From contig OU015567.1 of the NCBI GenBank assembly GCA_907165135.1, positions 11,532,001 through 11,596,000 of the forward strand: a stretch of DNA of 64,000 nt, in the 5' to 3' direction. This DNA comes from Oikopleura dioica. Taxonomy: Eukaryota; Animalia; Chordata. The notes beneath the pieces were generated by a model that did not search any database, had not been told where the DNA came from, and worked only from the letters and a program-made list of their open reading frames with translations. Position 1 is the first letter of the stretch. Each line of letters opens with the position of its first letter. The position numbers were made by a program, and so were the translations under genes. Below, in pieces: positions 9,601-21,700 of the stretch.

Positions 9601-11587
9601 ATCTTTTGCAAGACGTTGGCGGTGTAGTGTGCAAACGGCTTCGAATGGTCGTATTCGACGTCGAAAACTTCGCTTAGCTTCAGTAAGTAGTGACTCTTCG
9701 CGGCGAATGATTTCTCTAGCAGCGCCTTGGCCGATTTCCAGTCTTGACAATTCAGAAATTCGGTTCCAAGTGAGCGTTCGATGTTCAAGTCGAAGTGGCT
9801 GTACACTGCTGCGATGAAAGGCTGTTCACGTGAAGGTCTGTCGCGGACGTAGGCGCGGTGATAAATGTCGGCTCTGCCCAAGAAGGTGTTGAAAGATGTG
9901 TTGCATGCGGCGTCCAGCTTCGGCAAGTCTTGGACGTGACGAGACCAGGTAGTGGCCACCCATGCTTCTTCTCTCATTGTCGCATTCGTAGAGTCTTTTC
10001 CTTGATCGAGCTCGCAGGTAAGAAGCGTTGTACTGAGCTGTTCTAATTTTACTCTGCTTTCTGTGATCAAGGGCTCTAGGCTTGGCTTTAGTGATTCGTC
10101 ATTTCGCACTTGTTCTTCGAGGTAGTTTACTCGATCGTTTATGCTTCTTATTTCGGTGACGGTTTCTAGCAGTGATTTGTTCGCCGCCATAGCTCGAAAT
10201 ATATCGGCAGTAAGGGTTTATGGGCCTTGGATTACCTTTCAGGCCCTCAGAAAATACTGCGACTAAAAGTCGCAATATGATGAGCTGAGGTGCCTTTTGC
10301 GCAAACGCCCGACGATTTCTCTGTCCAGCGATTGTCGAAATTTCAAGGTCTGGTCCAAGGGTCGATTCTTCGTAAACTTCTCTCGATTTTTGGTGAAAAG
10401 TGGCGAAAGAATTATGTTTTTCTCAGTATTTTAGGTTTTCCCCGGCGTGCGTGCGTGGTTGCGTGGGCGCGACTTTCGGCGCGTGGGTCGTGGTGGCGCT
10501 CGTGCGGTGGCGCTCGCTCGGGGTGGTGTTGGTGTGGTGCGGCGCGGAAAATTCTCTGAGTGGAGTTTCTCCGGCGGCGCGGTGGCGGTTGGTGATTCGG
10601 TTCCCCTCGACTCCGCTGACGGCCAATCAGCGTCCAAGTTGCGAAACTTCGGTTGTCGATGGCGGAAAATTTACCTTTTCTCCAACGGGACTACTCTGAT
10701 ACCACTGAAGGGATCCTAGCTTCTGCTGAATCTCCCACTTCTAGCGTAGTTTGCCTGCTCTCTATATCTGGACGAGTGAAGAAAACGAGTAAAGTATCTT
10801 TGACGTCTGTATTTCGAGCTGGAGTAAAATAGAGGTTAATTCACGAACTGCGTGAATTACCGAATGGAGAGAAATACACGGCGGCGACCGAGCAAAGCTC
10901 GATCTAGATAAGCAAGTGACCTTAGGGGACGAGGGAGTCTAACGAATCTAAGATCCCAATATGTTCCTTCGAATTCTGGCTTGTAAAATATATAAAGACG
11001 GCGGAAATGCGTCGCTGGCAAAGCTGGAGTTTCACCTGGCTGCACTGGAACACCCCAAAGAAAAGAACGAAGACTTTGCCCAAAAATAGGTTCCAGATCC
11101 GGCGGTTTCACGCCATTCGACAAAGTCACTGAAGCTCCTGAGAAAACAACTTACCCGATGCAAAACGACGTTGGACTTTCCTTGCCAACCGAGGAGCCAG
11201 AAATTCAAGAGACAACCACTCATTTCGGGGTTCCTTTAGGAATAACAAAAGATCCAAGAATGGTCAGAGCGATGAAGAATAAACCAGTGGCACCATTGCC
11301 ACCTCAAGTAAGATTTTGAAAACAATATCCATCTAAAGGTCTCTAGTCTGAGCCACTAAACCCGATGAACTTCATGGGCGGAGGAATGCAAATGCCAATG
11401 ACGGTCAACGGCTCAGGGGTAAACGCGCACTTCTATTTCCAGTGCTTCCCGCAGTGTCTCGGAAACAAGAAGCCATTCCTCTGCATAGGTATAAATATTT
11501 CTGAGGGCAAAATGACATGCTGAATTTTTAGTTCCTCAATGGTGCGCAGCAAATTATGACGGGCAAAGATCTTTTTGGATGTGGTAA
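3617..11587 (+). CDS. Secreted multidomain protein: signal peptide, ShKT, 2x EGF, 2x TSP1, P/T-rich linker, Cys-containing tail. The LTR element lies in one intron.
   Basis: Hand translation: MMIRLAQLLIIFIKETEFVNA; CKDKLPPGECEKFKDLCKLTLHSYNCQKTCGLC (ShKT); CKCKQYYDGWRC and CPCQNGGNC...CTCQKGFKGKFCE (EGF); WSEWSIPDC... and WSKWSEWAGCTGQKYEVR|RRKCVAGKAGVSPGCTGTPQRKERRLCP (TSP1, joined by splicing 4462 to 10998). The 3' end is uncertain (stop at 11587 or 11651). Confidence 0.85.
4472..4727 (-). repeat. 3' LTR (256 bp)
   Basis: Plus-strand tgaagggatcc...agatcccaata. I found no difference from 10706-10961 by visual comparison. Confidence 0.97.
4728..4736 (-). promoter_or_regulatory. Polypurine tract of the retrotransposon
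   Basis: Minus strand ATGGGGGG-type G run (G6) directly before the 3' LTR. Confidence 0.7.
5037..10190 (-). CDS. Gag-Pol polyprotein (1717 aa, single ORF)
   Basis: Protease EVDSGAESSC; RT YIDD and DLRSGYWQ; RNase H LYTDASLYAAGGVL...ELF...TDH; integrase HDLSGH...CVPC zinc finger and QIDF...SDRGTHF...E core; GP(L) C-terminal motif; about 200 aa low-complexity tail. Confidence 0.97.
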   Translation of the reverse strand: MAANKSLLETVTEIRSINDRVNYLEEQVRNDESLKPSLEPLITESRVKLEQLSTTLLTCELDQGKDSTNATMREEAWVATTWSRHVQDLPKLDAACNTSFNTFLGRADIYHRAYVRDRPSREQPFIAAVYSHFDLNIERSLGTEFLNCQDWKSAKALLEKSFAAKSHYLLKLSEVFDVEYDHSKPFAHYTANVLQKMNEAKQATLNSYRQEKSADAGVDEIFDIFSTMMLYLNLRKEEPDVFNAILPSLSKVYDINELCRLAQSTRQNRVDSATVSQHFNRNKNKKKKNAKRASNDSKDGKDDKQPESKKINTTKNVEDFQPFDVHFYTVKKKRPGKAYFASATIITGSKSFDVSMEVDSGAESSCLSAAYVPDEFLQMLKPCPFKVTGFSPNIPAEQPMGILPCRLSFNGGPAFSLNLTIMPGSKYPSLLGRDILENAMTDSFTVDNKNRTLSFCYNEAFTQTETQVVKLDGVKRTKIKKYLTTRSAVKDSDRSRTQPPPKVPKLDAPNKNAARCPIQLAKQKLGITLPANADPGQKKVVAELCLDFDDRFGCDGQKMGEFPFEIEIPTDGTSRNISQHPIPQAFHGQVTDHISELLDTKIIEEIKDQKGFNSPVLPIPKKSGEMRFCINYKNSLNKCLSDKSDPYHLPSMEDTIANIGPGNKYFATVDLRSGYWQCPIKKSDRYKTSFQWGGKSYAFCRLPFGYRCSGNIFSRVVNTILDSSPTRKKMLSYIDDIVCFGKSFSCYYNTLRNLFIALRKFNAKLKGEKCSFLQSEAHFLGRIINEEGIKPDPAQVSALRQMKPPRSQKELASLIGSLNWIRGFLETKMGEAISSGCFSSRMKPINDVRNSANETNCFKWTKEADLALKEIQRRLSETPVISFPNFDESFHLYTDASLYAAGGVLLQEYGGRVHLVSAISHTFNKAERKWNTSEKEMFSIVWCCERLEKLLKGRFFQIHTDHRSLIFLHKKKFKNSKISRWQSRLEEFDFHIVYIKGSENQFADFMSRRPGEDDKSLGYDSEFPVGREYEIDKNSPVRVFVPFWNENQFPEKITLSEVKIHKVNVKAIAAPMEIPLVSANYNNILDYQREDSALSAIITFLESGKEPLDIKSLVKDSDHRQSSLLKMEKALFLDNTTGCLMCQFKSGARAVVPEAVKSHFLFLAHDLSGHLGEPRTLERLEDVWWPSFQDDVSNYVHSCVPCLRRKGSAGTRTKPPLGTLRRGKTAGESIQIDFACMPPAGGFKYYLVVADTFSRYTWCIPTRSDTAICAAKALIYKVFLPMDFLPKHLHSDRGTHFCASVIDEMCKLNQIKHTISTAFHPQSNAFAERANRTIKNSLFCMVNSSSGRKTWADCVPHVMRALNSVKNKSTKISPREVWFGRKSTFTHSTGAEMTAETPQVFGLNVGALAKSAEAIVKTAMEAADRAMEHRLKNEPKPRPIPAGAVVYIKRENLTDAKSKKERWVGPLKAVSSNDWVVMVEDKKGQRDFIHREHVVHAAERNHDLRWIDYYEAEYVFPHLTEIVKSKVPQKSPVPTSKPMEKSGSKSHGGRKSSQVASTPMVAMEKPPRSSLSPILESRRRLDMENLGDTTATSILDSSVAPAEPSDRWYSGGTLYETAEDMSADATVISEVAAPDNSHMSVDKQNSTVVEGSATENSKKRTRPKSSPDRQYSAGADPNATLTEVGAAHLPKHTKRAHRETRPVEPLNIGTNSGQSYD
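10694..10704 (-). promoter_or_regulatory. Primer-binding site (initiator tRNA-Met type)
   Basis: Minus strand TGGTATCAGAG, 1 nt after the 5' LTR. This is the classic iMet-type PBS string; the host tRNA match is not verified. Confidence 0.8.
10706..10961 (-). repeat. 5' LTR (256 bp)
   Basis: Direct repeat of 4472-4727. Element-sense termini are TA...CA. Confidence 0.97.
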
Positions 11588-11721
11588 AGAGCGAAATAAT
11601 GTTACCTGTAAAAATAAATATTTCAACACTGAACGTGTCTCCGTGTTTTAGAAATATAAAGTTTTATTCAAAATAGAAAAATAAGGCAAGTCGGTATAAA
11701 AATAAATGAACTGTCGATGCA

Positions 11722-14044
11722 TTAGCGGAAGGATTTCCCACGATTCATGGCGGCATTGAGACGATGGCGAATAGATGTCAGATTCAGCTCAGACTGAACA
11801 ATTTCAATTACGGTAATATGTTTCTGAAACTACCTTTTTCGACAAATTAGGGGGCTTGATTTGAGGCGCAGAATTAGAAGAATGGATGCCAGTATTCGAC
11901 CGGTGATTTACCGGTGGCGCACTGGCGCCAGAAATTTCTGACTAAATTGAAAATAAATTTCCGCTCAGAAAAGAAACACTTACATTCGAGGGCCATGCTC
12001 GAGTCGGTTCATGTCGCGATCTTGGCTTTTCTAAAGGAGGTAAGGATGCGGCTTTGAGTCTGCTTGTGACGGGGAGGAGAATGACTTCTTTTTCTGCGTT
12101 CGGATCTTTTAATCCATCGATTGTTCTTTGCAGATCAGCTCGCTCGTCTTTTTCAGAGCTTGAAAATTGAACAAACATTTGAAGTTTGAAATCCTCATGA
12201 AATAATTAATCTTTTGCTCTGTCCCTATTTGTTTTCGAATGGTTTCAAGAAGTTTTCCATTCTCTTCTTCAAGTGTTGCCAATCTTTCTTCAGTCGCTTT
12301 CTGTCCTTGATTCATTTGCTCCAGATACGCAGAATGATCCTCTTTTATCGTTGAAATTTGTTCTTCTGCTTTTTTGAGAGAGGATTCTAGCTTGTCTTTG
12401 TCTCTAGTGAGCTGGAGCATTTGCGCTTTAAGATTTCCGATATTTTTGTCTTGATTATCTTCATTAGATTGCGCTAGAAATTGGTAAAGGAAGTAGTTCA
12501 ATAATTCATCTTCCTACCGATGCTCCTTGACTTCTGTAAAATTTGCTCTTTTTCTTCCAAAACTTCCCTGAATCGTTCCTCGACCGCAGCTATTTCTTTT
12601 CGCGCAAGTTCCATCGCTGTCTTCGCCTTTTGCCGTTCAATGCTTATTTCTTCTTCCAGGTCGTAGATCCGATTTTGATCCACATTTCTGCTGGATAGAT
12701 TGAACAGCTGATTCTCTAAAGATGCTATTTTCGATTCGCTTTCGGCTTTCAGTTTTTCGATGGTTTTCTTTTGCGATTCTTCCAATTCGGAGCAGTATTT
12801 CTTCAGCTCGTCGAATTGGCTGCTTTGATTGTTGATAGAGGATTGGAGACTTCTACTTTCTTGCAACAAGCGTTCATTCTTTTCTTGCAAATCTTTCAAG
12901 TCACCCACTGGGACTGAGTTTCTCAAGAGATCTTCTTTCGACAAAAGCTCAAATTGCAGATTTCTCATTTCGTTTTCCAAGTAAAATGCTCGATTCTTCG
13001 TTTGATCAAGCTCCATTCTCGTCAATTCCTCGTTTTGTAGAGTGCTTCTTTTCAGCTTGATTATTTCCGAGTTTAGTTTTCCGACTTCTTCGGTTGAATC
13101 CGCCACTTTTTCTTCCAATTCTTTGTTTTTGAGCATGAAATTTTGAATTTGAGAGTCCAGGTTCGAGCTTTTCTTTTCCGCAGAGTTCAGCTTTTCTTCT
13201 AGTTGAAGACACTTGGACGTGGACTCTTCATAATTTCTCTGAACTTTCTCCCGGTCCAAATTCAAGTTTTGCAGGGCATTTTCACTGTCAGAAAGTCTAT
13301 TTTGAAGGGTATTTATCTGATCTGAAAGATTTTTTCGCTCATTCTCGGCATTTTCTAGGTTCTGGGCAAATTCTTTTTTCAAGCTTTCAGTTTCTTCGTA
13401 TGAGACTTCGTGGCGATATGCTTGCCGCTCTTGAAACGTCTTGGAAATTTGATGAACAGCATCTGTTGCGAAAGCTTTCAAGAAGTCGATTTCTTTTTGT
13501 GCGGATGTTTTTGAGCAGTCAATGTCATTTCTGAGTGGCTCGATGAATTGAGTTTGGATAGTCGTGATTTTGTCTTACAAGGGTGAAAATTATTTTACCT
13601 TTTAAAAGTACCTTTATTGTCTTTCAGCCCTTTCCTTTAAAAACAACAGCTGCTCTTGTTCGCTTCTTCTCTGATTCAGCAAGTTCTCTTGATAGCGATT
13701 CAGACACTTTTTTCGTGACTTCAAGGTTGTTTTCAAGATTTTTATTCAGATTCTCTAGCTCTGATACTTTATCGGACATGAGTTTGTGCTCATTTTCATT
13801 CCAACAAAGAGTTTTCTGAATATCTTTTAGTTTTCGATCATGAGTTTTCGCCTTACCTGTCGGCTTCAGTTTTCTCCAACTCTGCATTTAGTCTGGCCAC
13901 TTCATCCTTCAGCTTCGCGACTTCTCGATGGATCAAGTACGAGATGCCGCAGTATTTACAGACAGTATCTTCTAGCGACATCGACTGTATTGCATCAGGA
14001 AGAGGATGGTGCGTCCTCACGAAATCGAGGCTTTCTTCTTCCAT
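11722..14044 (-). CDS. LEKR1: Leucine-, glutamate- and lysine-rich coiled-coil protein 1 homolog
   Basis: N-terminus HPLPDAIQSMSLEDTVCKYCGISYLIHRE matches the LEKR1 signature (HxLPxEIxxM...VCKYCGVSYLI), followed by a long coiled coil over several exons. Stop at 11722-11724. Confidence 0.8.
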
Positions 14045-14322
14045 TCTCTCTATAAATCGAATCTTTTACTATCTGTCAAAAACGAGTGCAGTCAACATTT
14101 GCTCCCCCTGCTCTAGAATCGAAAGAGAAACAAAACAAAAACGGTGTAATTATTAAATTTATTTTTATTTCAATAGCAGGGGCAGTTCGCAATTAATTTC
14201 CCTAAAAAGATTAACAGAAATCGAGCTAGTGAAGAAAAGATAAATCATTATCTTATATAGGGGTTAATTTCATACAGTTAACATTCATTTTATCCATTTT
14301 TCGTGAGTTCCTTTCTGTAATT

Positions 14323-15354
14323 TTACTTTCTTGAAAGATAGTCGACTCCTTTGACATCAAGGAGGAGATTATCAGTACCAAGCATAACCTAAAATCATCA
14401 GAATGAATTCTTTTTAGAGGAAGAGTACCTTATTCGGGCTCTGAGCGATATATTTTGAGATGCGCTTTCCGATTTCAATTCTTTGAAGCTTCAAATAAGC
14501 GGGGTTCTTTTTCAATGCTTCACCAATAAGAGTTGCGCTAGACGGAGTTAAAACAATGCTAGAATTCTGTCTCTTACGATTCTGCTTCTCCCTGAGCGTT
14601 GATAATCTTCTGCTTCTTTTCTTCAGACGCTTGCTGGACGACGAATCTGGCCTGGAAAGCTTGCTGTTGAGCGATTTGTTTATTTTCAATCGACTAGAAT
14701 GGGGGTTCGTTTTTGCAAATTAATAGAGGGTTGCTTACTTGTGTGAAAAGAGGACTAAACTGGGTGTCAGTAATAGCAACGTCGTCAAGAATAATGTGAA
14801 AATCACGGGCGCGCTCTTCCAAATCGTTTCGAATTCGAATTGAAACCTGAAAATTCGCATAAAAATGAAGAAAGAAATTTTTTTTGACCTTTTCTCGCTC
14901 TGTGAGAAGCGATTGGGCACTAAACTCAGCAATGACCGATTTTAAAGTTTCGTGAATAATAGATGGAAGAATTTTGTCAGAGAAGTCCTCGCCGATCTGT
15001 TGCGCCATTTCGGGAATCTTTCCGGGATTGGGTCTGTAGAGGACTCGGAGGCCAATGTCGACCATTTGCAAATCGGCGGTTCCGGAGGGCGAGACGACTT
15101 TATAGGCTCTAGAACGGATGTCGTAGATCAAGGGCCACTGCAGCCAGGGCACTCGGACGTGCATTCCTTCCCCTTGGATTTGGTTTTGGACTCCGCCCAG
15201 TCGGGAGAACAACACCGCTCGGTGACCGCCCTCAACTTCAGAACGGTTCATTTTTTCGTTACAAATAATAATAACCTGTGTATAAACTCTGGGAGACAGC
15301 ATAAACAGCGGACAACGCGCCGATTCCGGCGTAAGCGAGCCGTTGTTGAGCCAT
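14323..15354 (-). CDS. PHB2: Prohibitin-2 (SPFH domain)
   Basis: VEGGHRAVLFSRLGGVQ...GEGMHVRVPWLQWPLIYDIRSR...DLQMVDIGLRVLYRP...ILPSIIHETLKSVIAEF...KQIAQQQAFQARFVV...LIGEALKKNPAYLKLQRIE. Confidence 0.93.
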
Positions 15355-15699
15355 TCTAGGATAAAAGGAATTCAGAGTTGAATTATCCGGGCCAGTTCAA
15401 ACATTTGTATAAATTTTTAATGCACTAAGAGTGATGAACGCAACTTTCTTTAGGAACAAGTTAATGCAGCATTTTGAAAATTCATGAGAATGGTAATATG
15501 ACGTTATTACTCAGTAATACGTTTTTAATATTAATTTCTAGAAACAAATGTAAAAAGAACAAATTACAGCTATTCACTCTAAATTTGCGTCTTTCGCCAT
15601 GAGTAGATTGTACAGTCATCTGCGCGATCTGGCGCCCATGGTAGCCCTGCTTGCTCATGCAGTAAATATATTCTTGTTGAAAAAAGAAAGAAACTCATT

Positions 15700-15845
15700 T
15701 CGTTTGATTGGACTGAGTGGGGGCGCTCGGCCAATCAGAAGCGCGCTTGGTTTTGGCTTCGTCCGAGTGAAGCAGCGCAATTTTCGACGCCCTCTTCCGA
15801 ACACGCGAAAAAGTGAACTTTTGAGACGTTTCTCCCAATTGGCGA
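15700..15845. promoter_or_regulatory. Probable bidirectional promoter (CCAAT/NF-Y boxes) between PHB2 and PP1
   Basis: ATTGG at 15707-15711, GGCCAATCAG at 15729-15738 and CCAATTGG near 15835, within the 580-bp head-to-head gap. Confidence 0.55.
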
Positions 15846-15936
15846 TAAGCTGTCTGACAGACAAGAGAGAGACTGCTGAGAACCGGAATTAGTAAGAACA
15901 AGGAAAGAAGACGAGGAGGCAAAGAAAAACGCGAAA

Positions 15937-17841
<1,905 letters not shown>

Positions 17842-18767
17842 GAAAATTAAAAAAAAACATGCATAAAGAAATTACTCCGCTACACTTCTAAAAATTATTC
17901 TTGATTCAATTTCGTTTTTTACATAATACCTTTCACCCTCTTTTTTAAAAATGGTTTTGTACTACTTGACTAAAAGCGTCCGATATTATTCCAATTGTAC
18001 ACAAAATGTGAAGAAGAAAAACTTCTTTCTCAATTTCATTTTCTCCATGTTTTCCTTTTTCTTCCTTCAACGAATCTCAAAGATTCTCCTTCAGTTTTTT
18101 TTCGAATTGAAAATTTTCCAGATTTCCAATATCTCCAAGCTCTATCTCCCTCTTCTCGAGCCCGTTTATTATCTATCTTCCAAGCAAGTTCTATAAACAA
18201 AGCCTGCACCTAATAAAATATAATTGTCAACTTGATTTCAACTAGAATTTACTTTTCCTTCGCAAAAATAAACTAATAATAAGCACGCTTATTTCTTCAG
18301 CTAATCATCAATTTTACCTGACGTACTGATAAGCGTTCATTTTTATCAAACAAATTGATATTCCTTCAAGTTCGATAAGGAGCCTGTTTGGTGATGAGGA
18401 TGCGTGCTTATCGATATTTAGCAAGATAATTTTAATTAAAAATTTAAGCTCAAGTTTTCTTTGTTTGTTTGTTTCTTTTTACTGCTGACAAGATGAAAGA
18501 GAAGGCACATGGAACCTCTTGAAAATATTTGTCCTTTATTTATCAAAATCTCGATTTTCATTGTTATTCTCCCAGCAAAAGAATCAAGCTAGACTTCTCC
18601 TTCTCCTATTTATACACAAGCACACAGCATGCCTTTTGTCGTTCCAATATTTTCTTTTTGAATATTTCCATCCTTTTTTTATTTCTCCAGCTTTTGATTT
18701 TCGTCTTTTTAAAAAGATATTGATTCGCTTTATATTCAATTACAATCATATTTTTGCTTCAGATGAA

Positions 18768-21700
18768 ATGAGCTACCAACAAGAGTTTACAATAAAACAC
18801 TGTTCGAGTGAGACTCCAAGCTTTCCATCAAAGAACTTACAAGGTATACCCTTATTTTGAACAAACCCTGTATTCAATTTAAGATTGGAACTCTGGGCAA
18901 GCATGGAAATCGGGCGAATTTCCCGAGACGCCCGTACAGCTCATTTGCCAATTGAAGAAGCGATGCAAAGTTAACAAAATTCAAATGCTAGGCCACCAAT
19001 ACATGATTCCGCAAAAAGTCGTCCTCTTCATCGGCGATTTTACGTCAAAAACGGCAAAGAAGATCTGGCGCAAGATCGGATTCTTTACGTTTTTGGAGAA
19101 CCCGCTTGAGGATCAAAGAGAATTGAAAACGATAAATCTGTCGCAACATGTCGCGATTGGACAGTATATCAAGTTTGAAATTTATGAACCGTACAACAAA
19201 AAGTCGAATTTGTTCAACAAGGTTGCTGTCGATGCTATCAATATTCTAGGGACGGGTTTTTATGATCCCAAAAGTTATCATGTGTATAGAATTTCCAATA
19301 TAAAACCTTTTGAAAGGCGAGGAAATTCGCGATGAAGCAGAAGTGTTAGCAAATCGTTACTTACGAAAAGTCGAGATCGACGACGAAAAGGAAAATATCC
19401 GAGAAGCCGCAGAGCAAAGCAGAATCAAGCTCGATGCAGAAACAGATTTGATAGTGACGAGAATGATGGAAGAAAAGGCAATCGCTGAGCAAAAGGAAGA
19501 TTTCGATATGGCTTCCGCGCTGAAAAACATCATTTCTACTACGCGGGTTGTTGGCGAGCAAATCCATCAATGCGACAAGGGAAAAGATCTGAAGGTCAAG
19601 CAAGAGGAGTACGAAGAAGCGAAAGGGTTCAAGATCAGACGAGACGAGCTTAAACTCAAGCGGGACAGAGAAATCGACGAGGAGCTCTATCAATATGGCT
19701 TCTCAACAGCTTATTTTCTGAAGCGAGTTGGTTCGAGCCAGAGTACTGTCACTCCCCTTGATGAAATTCCTTCGCACAACACGGAAAACGAATACATGAA
19801 GATGAACTCGCACAAGGTAAGCCAAAATAGAAAACACAGTTTTATCATCAAAGAACTCATTAAAAATTCTCTTGCTTGTAAAATACACATTACTTTTAAA
19901 GTCGCGCGAAGAAATCACGCCGGACTCTTCTGAGCGACACAAGCAAGAATCGATAGAATCAGTCGGGCACCAGCTGTCACTGCCGGTGGAGAGCTCATAC
20001 CAAGAGAGCGCCTATTCTGACTTCGACTCTGATAATCATAATCAACCAATTCCGAACCAGCAGCAAATCAATAGCGTAGAGCGAGAGGATAATTATTCTG
20101 ACCCATTTTCGGTTGCGGCTTCGGATGATCGCTCCTTGGCCAATAATCAGAGAACTTTTGAGGAAATTTTAGCTGCGGAACTTGCCAAAGGAGGGGGTTT
20201 TTATTACTTATTTATGGAAAATCCGGAGTTGTGATTTTAAAAAGTCCAAAACAGAGGCCAAAAGAAATGGTCGCCCTCCAACTCCAGACGAAGCGTACGA
20301 TTATGAACTCAAAGAGAAAACCAAGTCGCTGAATAAATTCGACGTGCTCATTTTCGGCGAAGAATTCTGTCTCAAAGCTATTGATAAAGCTTTCCAGCCG
20401 CGGTTAGATGCTGCGACTGATCTACAAAGATTCGTGGAGAACGATCCTGTAAAATTACTTGAGAGTAAAGAAATGACGTAAGGACTCAGGTTTATTCTTG
20501 GTTGAAATCTTTTTAGTGGCGGAAAGAGCGAGCAGAGAGATTTACTGAGGTCTTATCTCTCTTACATTGAAAAGTTCATGGAGGATTTGGTTCAACAAGT
20601 GTACCTTGGAGGCATCGAGGCTGGCAAACGACTGATTGCTACTTTTGCCCAGTATTCTCCCAATGACGTAATTTTTTTCTCTGGAGCCAATTTTTAAACA
20701 AATTTTAGATAAATACGATATTAGAAATGATTCTACCGATTTTACTGAGACGAAGTCAAGAAGAAGTTCATAATTTGAACGGAGCGGCCCCAACACGAGG
20801 AAAGGTCAATTAATTAATCGCTTTCATATTTTTTTGCGGGCTCTATGGATTTCATATTTTGACCTGAAAAAAGTGAAGCAAAAAGAATTCATCGAAGCTA
20901 TTCTTGACATCCATGCAATGCCTCCTTCGAGTAAATCGGCGAACTACATCACCAAATTGTTCCTTCCCCTCTCGACCGACTTCAAGTCTAAGAAGAACAA
21001 TAAACCAGCGCCGCCAAAGTTGTACTACTCTCGTCTCGAAATTCTGATACGAGTGATCAAAGAACAACTTCATTTGATCACTAAACACTGGAGACAAGAA
21101 CGACTTTTCGAGTGAGTACCTTTTAAATAAGATCTCAGCGAGTTTTAAAATAATCTTTTTTTTTTAATAGAGAAGCATTCGCTCGAATTGACGAAGGGAT
21201 CCGCCATCAGAACTCGCAAGTCCGTGGAAAAGCATGCGAGCTTCTTTATCTTTTGTATTCCCAAAACAGCGGACTGGCTCGAAATCTTTTCGAGGAGCAT
21301 GTGAAAGGAGATGGTGTAGAAGTCAAGAATGATCTTCCTCAAAAAATGATCGACACAATTTACGACGAGTTTGACCGTCTCGATGGCAAGCCGACAAAGA
21401 AACAACTTGAAGCAGAGAGAAAGAAAGAAGAAGCAGCAAGAAAACGAGCTGAGCAGGCTGAAATTGAAGAGCTTCAAAGGCAAATTGCTGCAGCTAGACA
21501 GGCGAATAGAGAACAAGAAATGAGAAGTGGTGCACAGTACCAAGCTCCTCCTGCAGAACCAGTTCAGCAAGATGGTATGATAGCATTTGATGTAGTAGAT
21601 CGGAAACCGAGATCGGATTTTATCTATTTTTTTTTTGCTAGTGACGGCGATATTTTGATAAAGTGTTCGCACAAGCCTCTTCAAGAGGCCCTCTTGTTCT

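Larger units (their letters stand above)
4472..10961 (-). mobile_element. Full-length Ty3/gypsy LTR retrotransposon (Tor-like), 6490 bp
   Basis: Two 256-bp LTRs, TSD tgtt at 4468-4471 and 10962-10965, a PBS next to the 5' LTR, a G-rich PPT next to the 3' LTR, and an intact gag-pol with PR-RT-RH-IN order. Confidence 0.97.

Noticed and set aside
5045-10046. Many short plus-strand and alternate-frame ORFs overlapping gag-pol
   Set aside because: They are shadows of the long minus-strand ORF, with no motifs. None resembles env.
17990-18720. Short basic, Trp-rich minus-strand reading frames between PP1 and CEP104
   Set aside because: No coherent start or splice chain and no recognisable domain. 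Could be UTR or intergenic sequence.
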